Origin: the human T2T-CHM13v2.0 reference genome, Homo sapiens
Assembly: GCF_009914755.1 (NCBI RefSeq)
Contig: NC_060935.1
Length of the DNA: 64,000 bases
Direction: 5' to 3' (one strand)
Shown: positions 1 to 14,666 of the stretch, in pieces
How positions within the stretch are numbered: position 1 is the first letter of the stretch
How the letters are laid out: every line of letters begins with the position of its first letter
Notes under the pieces: model-generated
What the model saw: only the letters and a program-made list of their open reading frames with translations
Told to the model about the DNA's origin: nothing
Databases searched by the model: none
Program-made: the position numbers and the translations under genes

Positions 1-911
<911 letters not shown>

Positions 912-1070
912 AAAAAACCATAAGCTAAATTCCTTCCCAAGGATAGTTCAGCCTACATGCAGGAATGAACAAGGTCAGCTTAAAGGCTAGAAGCAAGATG
1001 GAGTCGGTTAGGTCTGATCTCTTTCACTGTCATAATTTCCTCAGTTATAATATTTGCAAAGGTGGTTTCA
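912..1070 (-). mobile_element. 5' ~160 bp of a second LTR8-like LTR in opposite orientation
   Basis: Reverse complement reads tgaaaccacctttgcaaatattataactgaggaaattatgacagtgaaagag ... ggaaggaatttagcttatggttt, overlapping the sequence at 1-20. Confidence 0.75.
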
Positions 1071-1350
1071 GTACCTGTAATCCCAGCACATTTGGAGGCT
1101 GACGGGGGAGGATTGCTTGAGCCCAGTAGTTTGAGACCAGCCTGGGCAGCATAGTGAGACCTTGTCTTTAGTAAATATTAAAAAATGAGCCAGGCACGGT
1201 GGCATGTGCCTGTAGTTCCAGCTACTCAGGAGGCTGAAGTGGGAGGATTTCTTGAACTCAGGAGTTCAAGGTTGCAGTGAGCTGTGATTCTGTCACCACA
1301 TCCCAGCGTGGACAGCAGAGCAAGACCTCATCTCAAAGAAAAAAAGAAAA
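1071..1350 (+). mobile_element. AluJ lacking its first ~20 nt
   Basis: cctgtaatcccagcac ... gattgcttgagcccag ... A tail; AluJ-type diagnostics. Confidence 0.88.
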
Positions 1351-1419
1351 ATGATTCTCTTTGTTGGATATAACCCATATATAATGTTGAATTAAATTTG
1401 ACATCCTATATTTAGTTAC

Positions 1420-1797
1420 GATATTTGGACTGAGTGTTCCTCAATCCAATATGATTGGTGTCCTTACAAGAAGACATCCATGTAAAGACAGACACGCAAG
1501 GAGAGTATAATGTGATTATGAAGGCACAGATTCAAGTTGTGCAACTGCAAGCCAAGGAACACTGAAGATTTTTAGTCAACCACGAGAACCTAGGAAGAGA
1601 TATGGATGTGTTCTTGTAAGGACACCAGTCATATTGGATTGAGGCACACTCTTGTCCAGTATGACCTCATTTGAAGTTAACTAATTCTATTTGCAATGGC
1701 CCTATTTTCAAAAAGGTGAACCTTTTGAGGGACAGGGGTTAGACTTCAACATATCTTTTTTTTTGGGTTGGGGGGAGACACAATTTAACCCATAACA
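1420..1797. mobile_element. MaLR MLT1 LTR, rearranged into + and - parts
   Basis: tccaatatgattggtgtcctt ... gcaagccaagga on +, then the MLT1 5' end on - (cacaatttaacccataaca). Confidence 0.7.
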
Positions 1798-2716
1798 CCT
1801 ACCAACCAAGCTTTTCACATAATGCCTATCTTCTGCCTCACCCATATGCACACAAATATTTTGAGTCACTTTTTAGACTGGTCACCTGGTTGGTTAATGA
1901 TGAGTATATGGAAATAAGTCTGGATATGTTCTGTGCTTTTGCTTACTTATGCAGGGGGAGGAAATGTCACTATTTATTCACCTCTGATAGAATGTTTATG
2001 TACCAGATAACTTTTACTCATGTTTGGCAGAGTAATTATCCACCTTTCTTTTGGTTGCAGGTGACAGATACCCATATTAAACTCGCTTAAATGAATAAAG
2101 GGAATTTATTAGTTTAAGTATTCAGTACTCAGGAAAGAAGAGATAGGGCTGGCCTTTGGGTTAACTGGACTTAGACAACATCTTGACTCAGACAATATCA
2201 GGAAACTCTGTCTTTGTCTCAATCTTGCAGTTTGTCTCTGTGTTTCTCTGCCCCCCTACTCCTATCTCTCTGTTTCTCCCTTTTTCTTTGTGTCTTTGTC
2301 TCTCTCTTCCTCTCTTGTTGCTTTTAGACTCTCATTTTAATTTCTGCATGTGTGTTGTCCTTAGTCTCAAGGGTTCATAATATTCTGGTTGATAAGACCA
2401 CTAACTTGCTGAGTTATGTTTTAAAGCTTATGATGAAAGGAGAAAGATAACTTTTCCTTCCCAACTTCACCATCAAAAATCCTAGAGAAGGACTCTGATT
2501 TACTCAATTTAGGTTACATATCCACCTCTGCAACTAATCACATCAGAAATATGTGGAATTACATTTCTCCAAAAGCAGCCATGGATGGGGGAGTGGTTAT
2601 TACCAGAAGTGAAGGAGGGGATGCTGGTACAAAATAATAGATATGCATGATAATCAGGCTACATATAACCTGTTTTAATGTTTATATTTATTGATAGTTT
2701 GATAGCTGACCTATTA

Positions 2717-3043
<327 letters not shown>

Positions 3044-4107
3044 TTTAAAGTGCATTTTGGTAGTCTAACTCCTTTAAGAGTTATAAGTATACAACTTGAT
3101 TCTGTAGCTGTTGGAGAAAATGTTCTGTAAATGTCTGTTATGTCTATTTGGTCTGTAGTACAGATTAAGTCTAATGTTTCTTTGTTGATTTTCTATCTGG
3201 ATGATCTGTCTAATGCTTATAGTGGAGTGTTGAAGTGCCCTGCTATTATTGTATTAGAGTCTATCTCTCTCTTTAGCTCTAATAATATTTACTTTATATC
3301 TGGATACTCCAGTGTTGGGTGTATAGATACTTAGAATTCTTAAATTCTGCTGAATTGACTTCTTTATCATTACACAATGACTTTGTTGGTCTCTTTCTAT
3401 ACTTTTTGTCTTGAAATCTCTTTTATCTGATATAATTATAGCTACTTCTTCTCTTTTTTGGTTTCCATTTGCATGGAATATCTTTTTCCATCTCTTCATT
3501 TTCAGTCTATATGAGTCTTTATATGTGAACTGAGTTTCTTGTAGGCAGCATAAAGTTGGGTCTTATTTTTAATCTATTCAACCACTGTTTCTCTTTTACT
3601 TGGAGAATTTAGTCCATTTATATTCAGAGTTATTATTGATAGGAAAGGACTCTGGCTATTTTAGGAAAAGACTAACTACGGCTATTTTGTTTTTTTGTTT
3701 TCTGGTTGTTTTGTTAGTGTCTTCTTCTTCTCTTTTTTTTTTTCCTTTCTTCCTGTCTTCCTTTGTGTATAAGTGATCTTCTCTGGTAGTATATTTTAAC
3801 TTCTTGCTTTTTTTTATGTGTGTATGCATTATAAGTTTTTCCTTTGTGGTTACTATGAGGCTTGAAGAAAACATAACCAGTGGATTTTAAACTGATGACA
3901 ACTTAACTCTGATTACAAAGAAAAGAAAAGAAAAACAAACCAAGCAAAAAGAAAAAATTTACACTTAAACTCAATTCCCTTTCCCCCATTTTGGGGATTT
4001 TTTTGGTCTCAATTTATATCTTTCTATATTGTCTATCTCTTAACAATTTATTGTAGTTAGTATTTTTGATAGGTATCTTTCAGACTTCATAATAAAGATA
4101 TGAATGG

Positions 4108-4530
4108 TGATATACTTTGAATATACGTCCCTAGCAAATCTCACGTTGAATTGTAATCCCCAGTGTTGGAGGTGGGGCCTGGTGGGAGGTATTTGAGCCA
4201 TGGGGGCAGATCCCTTGTGGCTTGGTGCTGTCCTCACAATAGTGAGTGAGTTCTCTCAAGACCTGGTTGTTTAAGCATGTGGCACCACCCTCCCTACTCT
4301 CTCTTGCTCCTCCTTTTGCCATGTAACATGCAAGCTGCTGTTCTCACCATGTGAGATGCCTGCTTCTCCTTTGCCTTCTGCCATCAGTAACAGCTCTCTT
4401 GAGGCCCCCACAGAAGCTTAGCATGTGCTGGTACCATGCTGGCAGAATCGTGAGTCAATCAAATCTCTTGTCTTTTTAAATTAGCCCATCTCAGGTATTT
4501 CTTTATAGCGACACAGGAATGCCTAACACA
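4108..4530 (+). mobile_element. MaLR MSTA/MSTB solo LTR inside the L1
   Basis: tgatat ... aaatctcacgttgaattgtaatccccagtgttggaggtggggcctggtgggagg ... tatttctttatagc ... ctaacaca. Confidence 0.85.
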
Positions 4531-5368
4531 AGTGACTTACACACCGCAATTACAGTGTTAGCATTTTATGTATTTGTCTGTATACTTACTTTTACCAGTG
4601 ACTTTTATACCTTCAGATGATTTCTTGTTGCTTGAGAATCCTTTTCTTTTAAATTGAAGAATTCCCTTTATAGTTCTGGTGTTGGTGACATTTTTTAGCT
4701 TTTGTTTGCCTGGGAAAGTTTTTATTTCTTTTTTATGTTTGAAGAATGATGTTGCTGGATATAATATTCTAAGTTGGAAGCTTTTTTTTGCCTTTAGCAC
4801 TCTGGATATGTCATCCCCCTCCCTCATGGCATGTGAGGGTTCCACTGAGAAATGTGCTGCCAGACATACGGAGCTTCTTTATATGTTATTTGCTTCTTTT
4901 GTCTTGCTGCTTTTAGAATCTTTTCTTTGTCCTTGGCCTTTAAGAGTGATTATTATATGCCATGAAGAAGTCTTATTTAGATAGAATCTGTTAGTGATTT
5001 TGGCTGTCTTGTACCTGGATATTCTTATCTTTCTCTATGCTAGGCAAGTTCTCTGTTATTATTTCTTTGAACAAACTTTATATCCTGATCTCTTTCTTTA
5101 CATCTTCTTCAAGGCCAATAAGTTATAGATTTGTCCTTTTGAAGTTATTTTTTAGATCTTGTAGGCATACTTCATCCTTTTTATTCTTCTTTCTTTTTCT
5201 CCTCTATATTTTCATGTTTTCAAACTCACTAATTTATTCTTCTGCTTGATAAATTCTGTTATTGAGACACTGATGCATTTTTCAGTTTGTTAATTGTATT
5301 TTTCAGCTCTAGGAATTGATTGTTTTTATAAAATTATTTGAATCTCTTTATTAAATTTCTCTGATATA

Positions 5369-5652
5369 GGCCAGGCACAGTGGCTCACACCTGTAATCTC
5401 AGCACTTTGGGAGGCCGAGTTGGGCGGATCACTTGAGGTCAGGAATTCAACACCAGCCTGGCCAACATGGTGAAACCCCATCTGTACTAAAAACACAAAA
5501 ATTAGCCAGGCATGGTGGCAGGCGCCTCTAATCCCAGCTACTTGGGAGGCTGAGGCAGGAGAATTGCTTGAATCTGGGAGAGGCAGAGGTTGCACTGAGC
5601 CGAGATTACACCACTGCACTCCAGCCTGGGCTAGTGAGAGTGTCTCAAAAAA
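5369..5652 (+). mobile_element. AluSx-like element inside the L1
   Basis: Full dimer; TSD tttctctgatata. Confidence 0.92.
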
Positions 5653-6868
5653 TTTTTTTCTCTGATATAATTCTGATTAATTCTCTGTGTTATCTTAAAG
5701 TTCATTGCATTTCCTCAAGACAGCTGTTTTGAATTTCTTGTCGGAGAGGTTACATATCTCTGTTACTTCAAGATTGGTGACTGGTACCTTATTTAGTTCA
5801 TTTGCTGAGGTCATGTTTTCTTGGATGTTTCTGATGCTTGTGGACCTTCATCATTGTCTGGACATTGAAGAGCTAGATATTTATTCCAGTCTTCAGAGTC
5901 TGGACTTGTTTTTACCTATTCTTCTTGAGAGGGCTTTCTAGGAATCCAAAGGAGACTGAGTGTTTTTACCTAAGCCTGTTTTCACTAAAGCTGTTTTAGC
6001 ACTATTGGGAACCCTAAGCCCAAGAACTCTATGACTCTTGCAGACTCCTAGAAACACAGCCTTGGTGGACCTTAGGAAGATAAGGGAGAATTCTCTGGGT
6101 TCCTAGACAAAATCTTTTGCTCTCTTTCCTCTCTTTTCCCCAAGCAAAAGGATTCTTTCTCTATGCTGGGTTTCCCAGAGTTTGGGGAGAGGCAATATGG
6201 GCTCTGCCTTGACCACCGCAGCTGGCACCATGCTGAGTCATACCTGAAGCCTCAAGCCTTCCACACCAGCACAGTACTGAGGCTTGCCCAAGGCCTGTGA
6301 CCACTACTGCTTGGCTGTCACTGATGTTAATTCAAGGCCTGAGGCTACTTTAGTCAGCAGGTTATAAGCCAGCAGGTTGCCTTCTGGCCCAGAATGGATC
6401 TTGAAACATCAACTAAGGAGCAAAGGCCTGGAATCATAGGCTTCAGGAATCTTCCTGGTGCTTTATTTTCCTGTGACTGGTCTTGTGTCCAATTTGCAAG
6501 ACATAATCCTCTGTACTCTTCTCTTGCCTTCCTCTAAAGAGAAGGAACGTGTCCATGTGCTGCATTGCCTGGAGTTGAGGGAGTGGTGATGCAAGTACTC
6601 TTGTGGGCTGCTGCAATTGGTGTTACACTGGGTCACACCCCAAGCCCACTGCTATGGACATCAGAATAGCACCAGGGCTTGCCCAAGGACTGCAGTCACT
6701 GTGTCCTGACTGCCACTCAGATTTATTTGGGCCCTCAGGCCATTTAATTAGCTAGTGGTGAAGATGACTGGGACTTGGTTTCCTCCTTCTGAAGCAGAGG
6801 ACTTCCCTCTGGCCCCGGGCTGCTGTATATGCTCCTTCCATGGGCACTGGTAGAATTCTGTCTGGTAA

Positions 6869-7542
6869 TGAGGAGGAAATTAAAGAAAGAAAAAGAAAAA
6901 GAAATAAGCTTTCCTGTATTAGGCTGACTTATCCTAGAAGCAGCAACAGGCACAGCCCAGACCCAGGAAAAGCCTCGATAAACAACTATCTGCGAAGCTA
7001 GGACACAAAGGAATGTTCTCTGGAGACTCTCCCAGCACTCCCTCAACTTAGGGAGGAGAAAAACAAATTTTTCTTTCTCTTATGGTATGAGTTTATAGAT
7101 TGCTGTTCTCTGTAACTAATAACTTCAAGTATTCTGTTTTATCTAAGTGGTACAATGAAGGTCATGAGCCATCTGAGAAGGCCTGAGCTACAGCCACCTG
7201 GGCACCATAGTGAAGGTTATGAAATAAGCCTGTGCAAGACACTAGAGCAAAACCTAGATAACAACCATCTGTGCTGAATAGCAAGGGTCATGTGTAATTC
7301 TGAGTTATGCACCTGTCACAATTTGATTAACTGCCTTTGTTCTGCCTCTCTATCCTTGCTTTCACACCACTGTAATCCTGCTTCAAGTTAGCTCACTCCC
7401 TTTTTGAAGGGTGTATAAAGGTCAAGAGCTATCTTTGTTCCGGGCCCAGTCTCAGGATGTTAATCCACTGGGTCTGAGTGCCCTCGATAAAATCCTCCTG
7501 CTTTACTCCGAGGTCTCTCTGGTCCTCCTGATTCCTGCAACA
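6869..7542 (+). mobile_element. ERV1-class solo LTR (~674 bp; subfamily uncertain) inside the L1 5'UTR
   Basis: TG...CA ends; imperfect 4-bp TSD gtaa/gtat; gtataaag TATA near 7413; removing it restores the L1 sequence seen at 51821-51880. Confidence 0.8.
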
Positions 7543-8099
7543 GTATTGTGTTCCGCTCAGTGACAGGACCACACTGAGTTCCAATGCAAAGTCACACTCA
7601 CTTTCCTCCCCTACGCACACAGATTCTCTCTGTGCTGTGCTGCCTGTGGTTGGGGTAGGAGTGGTATAGGCAATCCAAGACTGTTCTTCTCACTCTCTTC
7701 AATGCCTCTTTACTTGTGAGTCTATTGAAATCAGCTGCTGTGATCACTCACTAGATTTTTTGGTTTGTATGAAGGTATTTTCTTGCATGGATAGTTGTTC
7801 AATTTGATGTTCCTGAAGGGGACAATTGCTGGAGGATTCTATTTGGCCATCTTGCTCTGCCTCCTTCTTAACTGTTGAGTCTAAAGACTGAAGTAGTTGG
7901 AAAAAAAGATGCTGGTGTCCATGTTTGGAAATGCTTTTGAAAATACTTTATCTTGTTACTGGAACAATTAACATGTTCCCAAATTTGGATAAACATGGTG
8001 AGTAATAACTGTATAATACACATCTAAGAATATGGAGAACAGTTGTCCCTGTATTTAGCACTAAAATTAGTTGATTGAAGTAGGCTTTTACTAGCATTT

Positions 8100-9860
8100 T
8101 TGAGAAAATAGAAGCAATAGGACAAAAATTCTTCATTTCCCATCAACACATCTACCATTTGCCTTAGTACTCATACTCATTCTGCTTTCCTTTCTCTGAC
8201 TGTGAATGAATGTCTTTGCTGTAATCAAAGCTCAACTCATTTGCTGTTTTCTTCTTCATTTCTGCCATTATCATCTTCTCCCACATCACGAATTTCACCT
8301 TCTTTTCTGGATCTTTTTTTTTTCAGCATACAAATATATTTTACTATCTTCTGTCTTAAAAATACCTCCCTTGGTCTGAGACCCTTTTCTAGCCACTATC
8401 CTATTTTTTACTTCTTTCTAAACTCAAAATTGTTCATTTCTTTCTAGAACACATTCTTCTCTTGATTGTTATGTTTCTTTTTTCATTCCCCAACCCTCTT
8501 AGGCTGTTCCTTTTTACTTTCCTTTACTGGCTTCTTGTCTGCATGTCTTCTAAGTGTTAGAGTACTTTTCTTTTTTACTATAGTTTTACCCTGGGTTTTA
8601 TTCTTTCATTATTACACATTCTCTCTGTAGGTGACCTTACCCAATCCCTGGATTTAAATATCATTCTTAAATTACTGATGCTTATATCTCTTATTTCCAG
8701 CCCTGGAATTCTAAGCTTGTATATTTAATGCTTATTTGATGTTTTTATATTAAAAACATCAAAAATAAATGTCTCAAATTTAATGTGATCAGTACAGAAC
8801 TTTTGATTTTTTTATACTAGCATCTACTCAGTTGTTTAATCCAAAACCCCAAAAGTACAGTCATGTGTTGTTAAACAGTTAACAGTTTAGCAGTGTTGTT
8901 TAACAAAAGTACAGTCATGTGTTGTTAAACAGTTGTTTAACAGTTTAACAGTGTTTAACAAAAGTACAGTCGTGTTGTTTAACAGTGGGGATGCATTCTA
9001 AGAAATGTGTCAGGCAGTTTCATTGTGTGAATATCATAGAGTGTACGTAAACCTTGATTGTACACCCTCAGACACACCTAGGCTATGTAGTATAACTTAT
9101 TGCTCTTAGGCTACAAACCCGTGCAGCATGTTACTGTACTGAATGCTATAGGCAATTGTAACACAGTGGTAGGTATTTGTGTCTCTAAACATAGAAAAGA
9201 TACAGTAAAAATACAGCATTATAATCTTATGGAACAACCATGGTATACATGGTCCATCGTTGATTGAAAAGTCATTATGCAGCTCATGTAATTCTTTCCT
9301 CTCTTTTCTTTCTTTCTATACTCAATCTACCATCAAATTCTTTTGGTTTCAACCCTAAAACTTACTCTGAATTCATTTTATTTGCTTTATTAGTACCAAC
9401 CTAATACAAGCTATCATCAGCTCTCAATTACTGCCATACCTTTTATTTGTTGTCTCTATGTTTAGAGTATATCCAGAATCCAGTCACTTCTCAGACCTTT
9501 AGGACTTTCTACCACTTTGTTTAAGCCACTTTTATATAAGCGAGATTATTACCATTCAGGCTTCTATCCTTCCCCACTTTAAGTCTATCCTCAACATAGC
9601 TGCTAAGTGCCTTTTGAAATATAAATTAGATCATATCACTTCTCTGCTCCAAGTCTTCTGATGGAATGTGACATCTCATCTTCTTCAGAATCCTTATAAT
9701 GTCCTACAAGGTCTTACCCTCAGATCTTATCTCCTAACCACTCTTGACCCTTGCTCAGTTCTTTACCAACGTAATAGTCTTTTTCTTGTTTTTTTTACTG
9801 CTCTAAGTATGTTTCTGGAATATCAGAACCTTTGCACTTGCTGTTCCTATTGCTCAAACG
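8100..9860. mobile_element. Degenerate L2 fragments, interrupted by Tigger3a
   Basis: L2-like phrases such as tatatctc..tccagccc, ccagaatccagtcacttctc and agatcatatcacttctctgctc. Confidence 0.55.
8965..9290 (+). mobile_element. Tigger3a/MER7 (TcMar) DNA transposon
   Basis: ta-cagtc TIR start; internal ctaggcta ... ggctacaaacc.gt.cagcatgttactgtactgaat ... aaacatagaaaag.tacagtaaaaatac. Confidence 0.85.
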
Positions 9861-10887
9861 CATGTTAAAATAAAACAGGACACTTTTCAGAGAGGTTCTT
9901 AAGAGAGGTTTTTTTTTCCTACCCATTTAGTCTTTAATATACGTTTTTTGTGCCACATGGCACATAACCTTTCTTACTGATTTTATAGTTTAACTCCCCA
10001 TCAACTCTTTGAAATACTTATGGTACTATTTCATCTCCAGGTCAAATGACATTCAAGGTTTAATGGCATTAATTAAAAACCTCATATTATTTATATATTC
10101 AGATGCTTTGAAAGTTTAATACACTTTTAAAATCATACTATTTCTAAGCAAAAATTATGTTTACTATTGTATGGCTGTATGACTTTGTATTTGGTCAGGT
10201 AGCTTTATTAAATTGTTTTAATGTAAAATTGGAGTTTTTATTTCAGGAATAAGTTTTAAAAATTCAAATTACCAGAGAACAACAGGCACTTCCCTCTTTT
10301 TAATCAAATTTTAGAGCTTTGATTTTAAATGTAATTTCTCAAGCATCATTCATATGGAAAGATCTTTATTAAGTTTTAGCAATTTTTTATAATCTGTAAA
10401 CCTTAAAATAGTAAGTTAAAAAGATGTATTTATGAAAGTAGTCTTGATTTGAATATTTAAATTAGCATAGCAGTCCTCAAAGCTTTTAGGGATGCCTGTT
10501 TAATATGATTCTACAAAGCAAGACTTATGTGCTGGCAAAATCTACTACGTTACTTTTTAGAAATGGTAGTGACCAGATGCAAGTATTCTTACTTCTGTAA
10601 TTCTGATATAATTTTGACTTAAAATGACTATCATGAGGAGTATATTATACTATGTGTATTGAGGTATTGGAAATGTAAAGAGACATGTCCCCATACGGTG
10701 CTACAATAATTACAGTAACCAGAAATTTTTAAACGTTCTTCATCCAAAAGTTATTTTTGAACTATGCATCTTTCCTAGTTTTACAGTTCTGTACCTCTTA
10801 TGGCATCATCCCATCCCATGCACCCTGCTTTCATAGCTCAATCTGTCTTATCAAGTTTGTGTCTAAAAGAAAGAAAGACATAAGGAT

Positions 10888-11435
10888 ATGTGCATTCATT
10901 TTCTGTTGCTGCTAGAAATTTATCAGGTTTAAACAATGCCCAGTTATCATCTTCTGCAGGTCAGAAACCTGATGGGCTCACCAGGTTTCTTTGCTCCAAG
11001 TTTTGGAAGCCCTGGGGAAAATCCACTTCCAAACCCATTCAGGTTCAGCCCTATTCAGTTTTAGGAGTGAGGTCCCCATTTTCTTTCTGTCTTTTGGTGT
11101 CATTCTCAGCTTTTGGATGCCAGTTGGTATCTAGCCTTCCTCCATCCTTAAAGCCAACATTAGCAGATCGATTCCTTTGCATGCTTCATATCACTCCTGT
11201 TTCTCTTTTCTGCTACACTTCTTTGACTCTAACAAGAGAAACTGCTCCGCTTTCAAGGGGTCAATTGATTAGCTTGGCCCACCTGAATAACACAGGATAA
11301 TCTTCTTACTTTTAGGTTCATGACCTTAGTTACATTTGCAAAGTCCCTTCACAGCAGTACTTAGTTTAGTTTTTGATTGAATAACCAGGGCTTAGGATTC
11401 TTGAAAGAGGTATCTTTAGAATTCTGCCTACCACA
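10888..11435 (-). mobile_element. MaLR MLT1 (E/D-like) LTR
   Basis: Ends in ttagaattctgcctaccaca, the reverse complement of the MLT1 start tgtggtaggcagaattctaa. Confidence 0.7.
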
Positions 11436-13739
11436 ATATATTTGACATTTTTACTTGTTTCTAGGGTTCAGTACTATTCCATTTCTAAAGTGCAGTTTCC
11501 CATTTAATTGGTTCATATATATTGGGTTAGGTAGTGGCTGTTGATTTTCCTCTTTTTATTGATGTTTGTGGTACATTTTTACAATTGTTTTCTCATAAAA
11601 GAAAGGTAATTTTATACATCTGATACTTATCAGCTCTTTGTTATGGAGGATGAGAGGAATTAAAAAGAATGAATCTATTATACTTACTACGTATAATAGT
11701 TTTGATAATTTGCCACTTTCTTTACTCAGGTACCTGCAAAGTACGGGAGTCAATTTGTTCCTTTTTGAACTGCAAGTTGTTTCTTTTTTGTTATCTCAGT
11801 ATTGTATTTGCATAAAATAAAAAACAATAAAGGTTTCAGTTATTCGTTTGTCTTATTCTTATTTTTTTGAAGGAAGTGCTGTATTTATTTTTTAAATTAT
11901 GGTCAGAATATAAAGTTCCAGTGATTTCCAAATAGTTTTACATGATAATTCACAGTGCAATTATTATTTTTGGCTCTCTAACTATATTAAATAGTTTTGA
12001 ATGATTCATATTGATGATTCTGATGGTATCATGAATCAGAATTATTTGGATTGATAAAACCAGTATACTCAGTTCACTTAAAGTGCAACAGAAATTTTGC
12101 TGGAGTTTTGTGGGCAGGATGGCTAACATATAATTCCAAGTAACATGAATGTCACCTGTGTTATATTAAATGGCAAGGTATTTTTCATGATTTTTTTCTC
12201 CAACTCAAAATGTTTTATTGCTTTGAAATATTGTGTAAAATGAATTAATGGACATATATTTATATCCTGTGGGATTTTAAAATTAAAAGTTATAATTGAA
12301 TTTACTAGGCTCTGGATAATAAAGTAGTGAAAGATTCAGTATGATTCTTGCCCTCATGAAGTTTACAGTGTACATTGGTTAAATAAACAAGTGGTATGGT
12401 AATCTGCATTTTAGCTTTTTTAGACAGTTTTTGTACTGGCATGTATTTTCCAAATAAAATACACTTAAGTCAGTAAGTAGTTATTTTAAATGTAAATATT
12501 TTATATATATTTTGACATTTTTATTGTATAATACATGGTAATTACAGGAGTATCAGAAAATGCATAGACATGAAAAGAAAATGAGAAACACCTGGTATTC
12601 CATCATTAACACTAATCATTGTTAACGTTTCTATGTATGCCTTTGCTTTCTTTTTATGCACATAGAAGTGTATACATTACAATATGGAATTATTGCCAAA
12701 TCTCTTGAATGGTCTGATTTTTCTGTAAATTATCTTTTACCTCAACATGTTTGTAACTTCAGTTTTAATGTATGGCTATCAGAAATTACTCAGACTCCTG
12801 TTAGAAACTCAGTTTCTTTCTACCAGTTTTTAGCTAATATCAACAGCTACAATGAAAAGCCCTTGTACATGCTTCTGCATCCATATCCTGAATTGTTTCT
12901 TAAGTTATTCTAATTTTAATTACTGATCAAGGCCATGTACATTTTTAAGACTTTTGATACACTTTATTAAATCAGACAATATATTTAATTGGCCTAGATG
13001 TTTATTGAGTTAATGAATAAATAACTGAATGCTTGAATCAATGGAAATATTTCTTACTGCATTGCAAGTATGTAAGAATTCTTTATTGCTAAATTTAAAT
13101 TGCTAACAATTGAATAGTTGTTAGCAATTTAAACTTAGTTAAAAAGAAAATTTATAAAATATGCCTCTAAAAGCAATTCATCAATTTTAAGTGGCTCTTG
13201 GAGTAAATTTCACCTGTTATTAGGAATATTTCTGCCTTTGGAAATTCTTAGCATTATGGGTAGTTGTTGTGAAGAACAGACAAGGGTGCTGCTTTAGGCG
13301 TGAAATGTACCTTTTCTGGTTGGCTATCTAGAATTGTCTCTTTTGACCCATCATGATAACACAGAGTTTATATTTTAAAGTGTTTATTATTCTTAATTCT
13401 TTAAGGATGTCCATATCTGAGGTGCAGTCTTGTCTATTCACTTCTATTTTTGAGAATATATGGAAGCCTTTCTTGCCCATGTACTCATTCAGTTACATTC
13501 TCCTAATTTTTCGTTTATTTTTAAACTCCTGTGTAACACTCATTTTAGCTCAATTCAAACAAGTATATTTTAAATTATTAATTGACATGAGCCTTTTCAG
13601 TTTGGCCTTTATGAAATATATTAATAATGGAAACTTTCAAGTTTTAGCAGAAGAGATTTAAATATAATAGCAAAATTATAATCTCTTATCTGAATAGGAC
13701 TTTATAGTTTGTGAAGGGCTACAGAGCAGAAAAATCACA

Positions 13740-14520
13740 GATGAATTGTTTAAATATAGTTAATGGTGGCAGCTGGGTGCCCTTTGGCAAGATAATCAAT
13801 TTCTTTGAGTATTAGTTTTCTTACCTATAAAATTAATATAGTGATATTTGTTTCTCAGGAGCATTGTATGGTTTATATATCATTTAAATAAACTACCCAG
13901 TATAATGCTTAGTATTCAGTAGGTGATGAATAAATAGAATTTGTTACAATTATTATACTTATTTTGCTTCCAGAGTACCTGTGGATTGCTTTATCCTTGT
14001 TTTGCAATTGAGGAAACTGAGGCACAGTGCATTTTAATGATTTGCATAGAGTCATTTGGCTAACAAATATAAACTGACAGCTATGTACTTCTGTCTTAAA
14101 TGAAGCATTCTTTTCACTCTCCATACAACTTTTTTTCCCCATAACACATGGGCATAAGAAATAACTTTTTGGCCTATATCATGCCAGTGAAATCATTTAC
14201 TCAGATCATGAGAAATCTGATTCCCCATATGCGTGACACAGAGTAGGCACTCAACTATCATATCAGTTAATGAATTGTATTGTACTAATGAGATATATAG
14301 ATTGATGGTTGGGTTCAGTCTTCTCTTGCATTGTGGTCTCAATTTACAGTACAGCTACAGGCCTGTATTGTGGTCTCAATTTACAACACAGATGTTAAAT
14401 GTGGTAATCAGGGTACCTACCTCATAGCATTGTAATAAGAAGATGATATCATACGTGGAAAACATTTAGAAAAATGCCCGGCACCTTAAGCATAAAACAG
14501 ATGTTGGCTATTACTAGTAT
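13740..14520. mobile_element. MIR fragments
   Basis: gaggaaactgaggcacag core at ~14010; gtacctacctcatag ... at ~14412. Confidence 0.6.
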
Positions 14521-14666
14521 ATTATTTTAGAGTAGAAAAACTTTAATGTATTATGAGATTACAACTCACCTGGGTATTCTCTATTATATATCATATAATT
14601 AGATTTAATAAACTTTTTAATAATGCATACTGCTTTTATTTTTAATTTTTAAAATATATATTTTAG

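Larger units (their letters stand above)
3095..7870 (-). mobile_element. Old L1 (L1M/L1MA type): 5'UTR, ORF1 and start of ORF2, 3'-truncated, with three nested insertions
   Basis: ORF 3254..3499(-) WKKIFHANGNQK is L1 endonuclease; ORF 4558..4845(-) RILYPA...EIKTF is the ORF1 C-terminus; YY1-type end ggccatcttg near 7846. Confidence 0.88.

Noticed and set aside
5210-7870. Similarity between 5210-7870 and 50460-52170 as a segmental duplication
   Set aside because: Both are diverged 5' ends of related L1 elements with different nested insertions, consistent with independent insertions.
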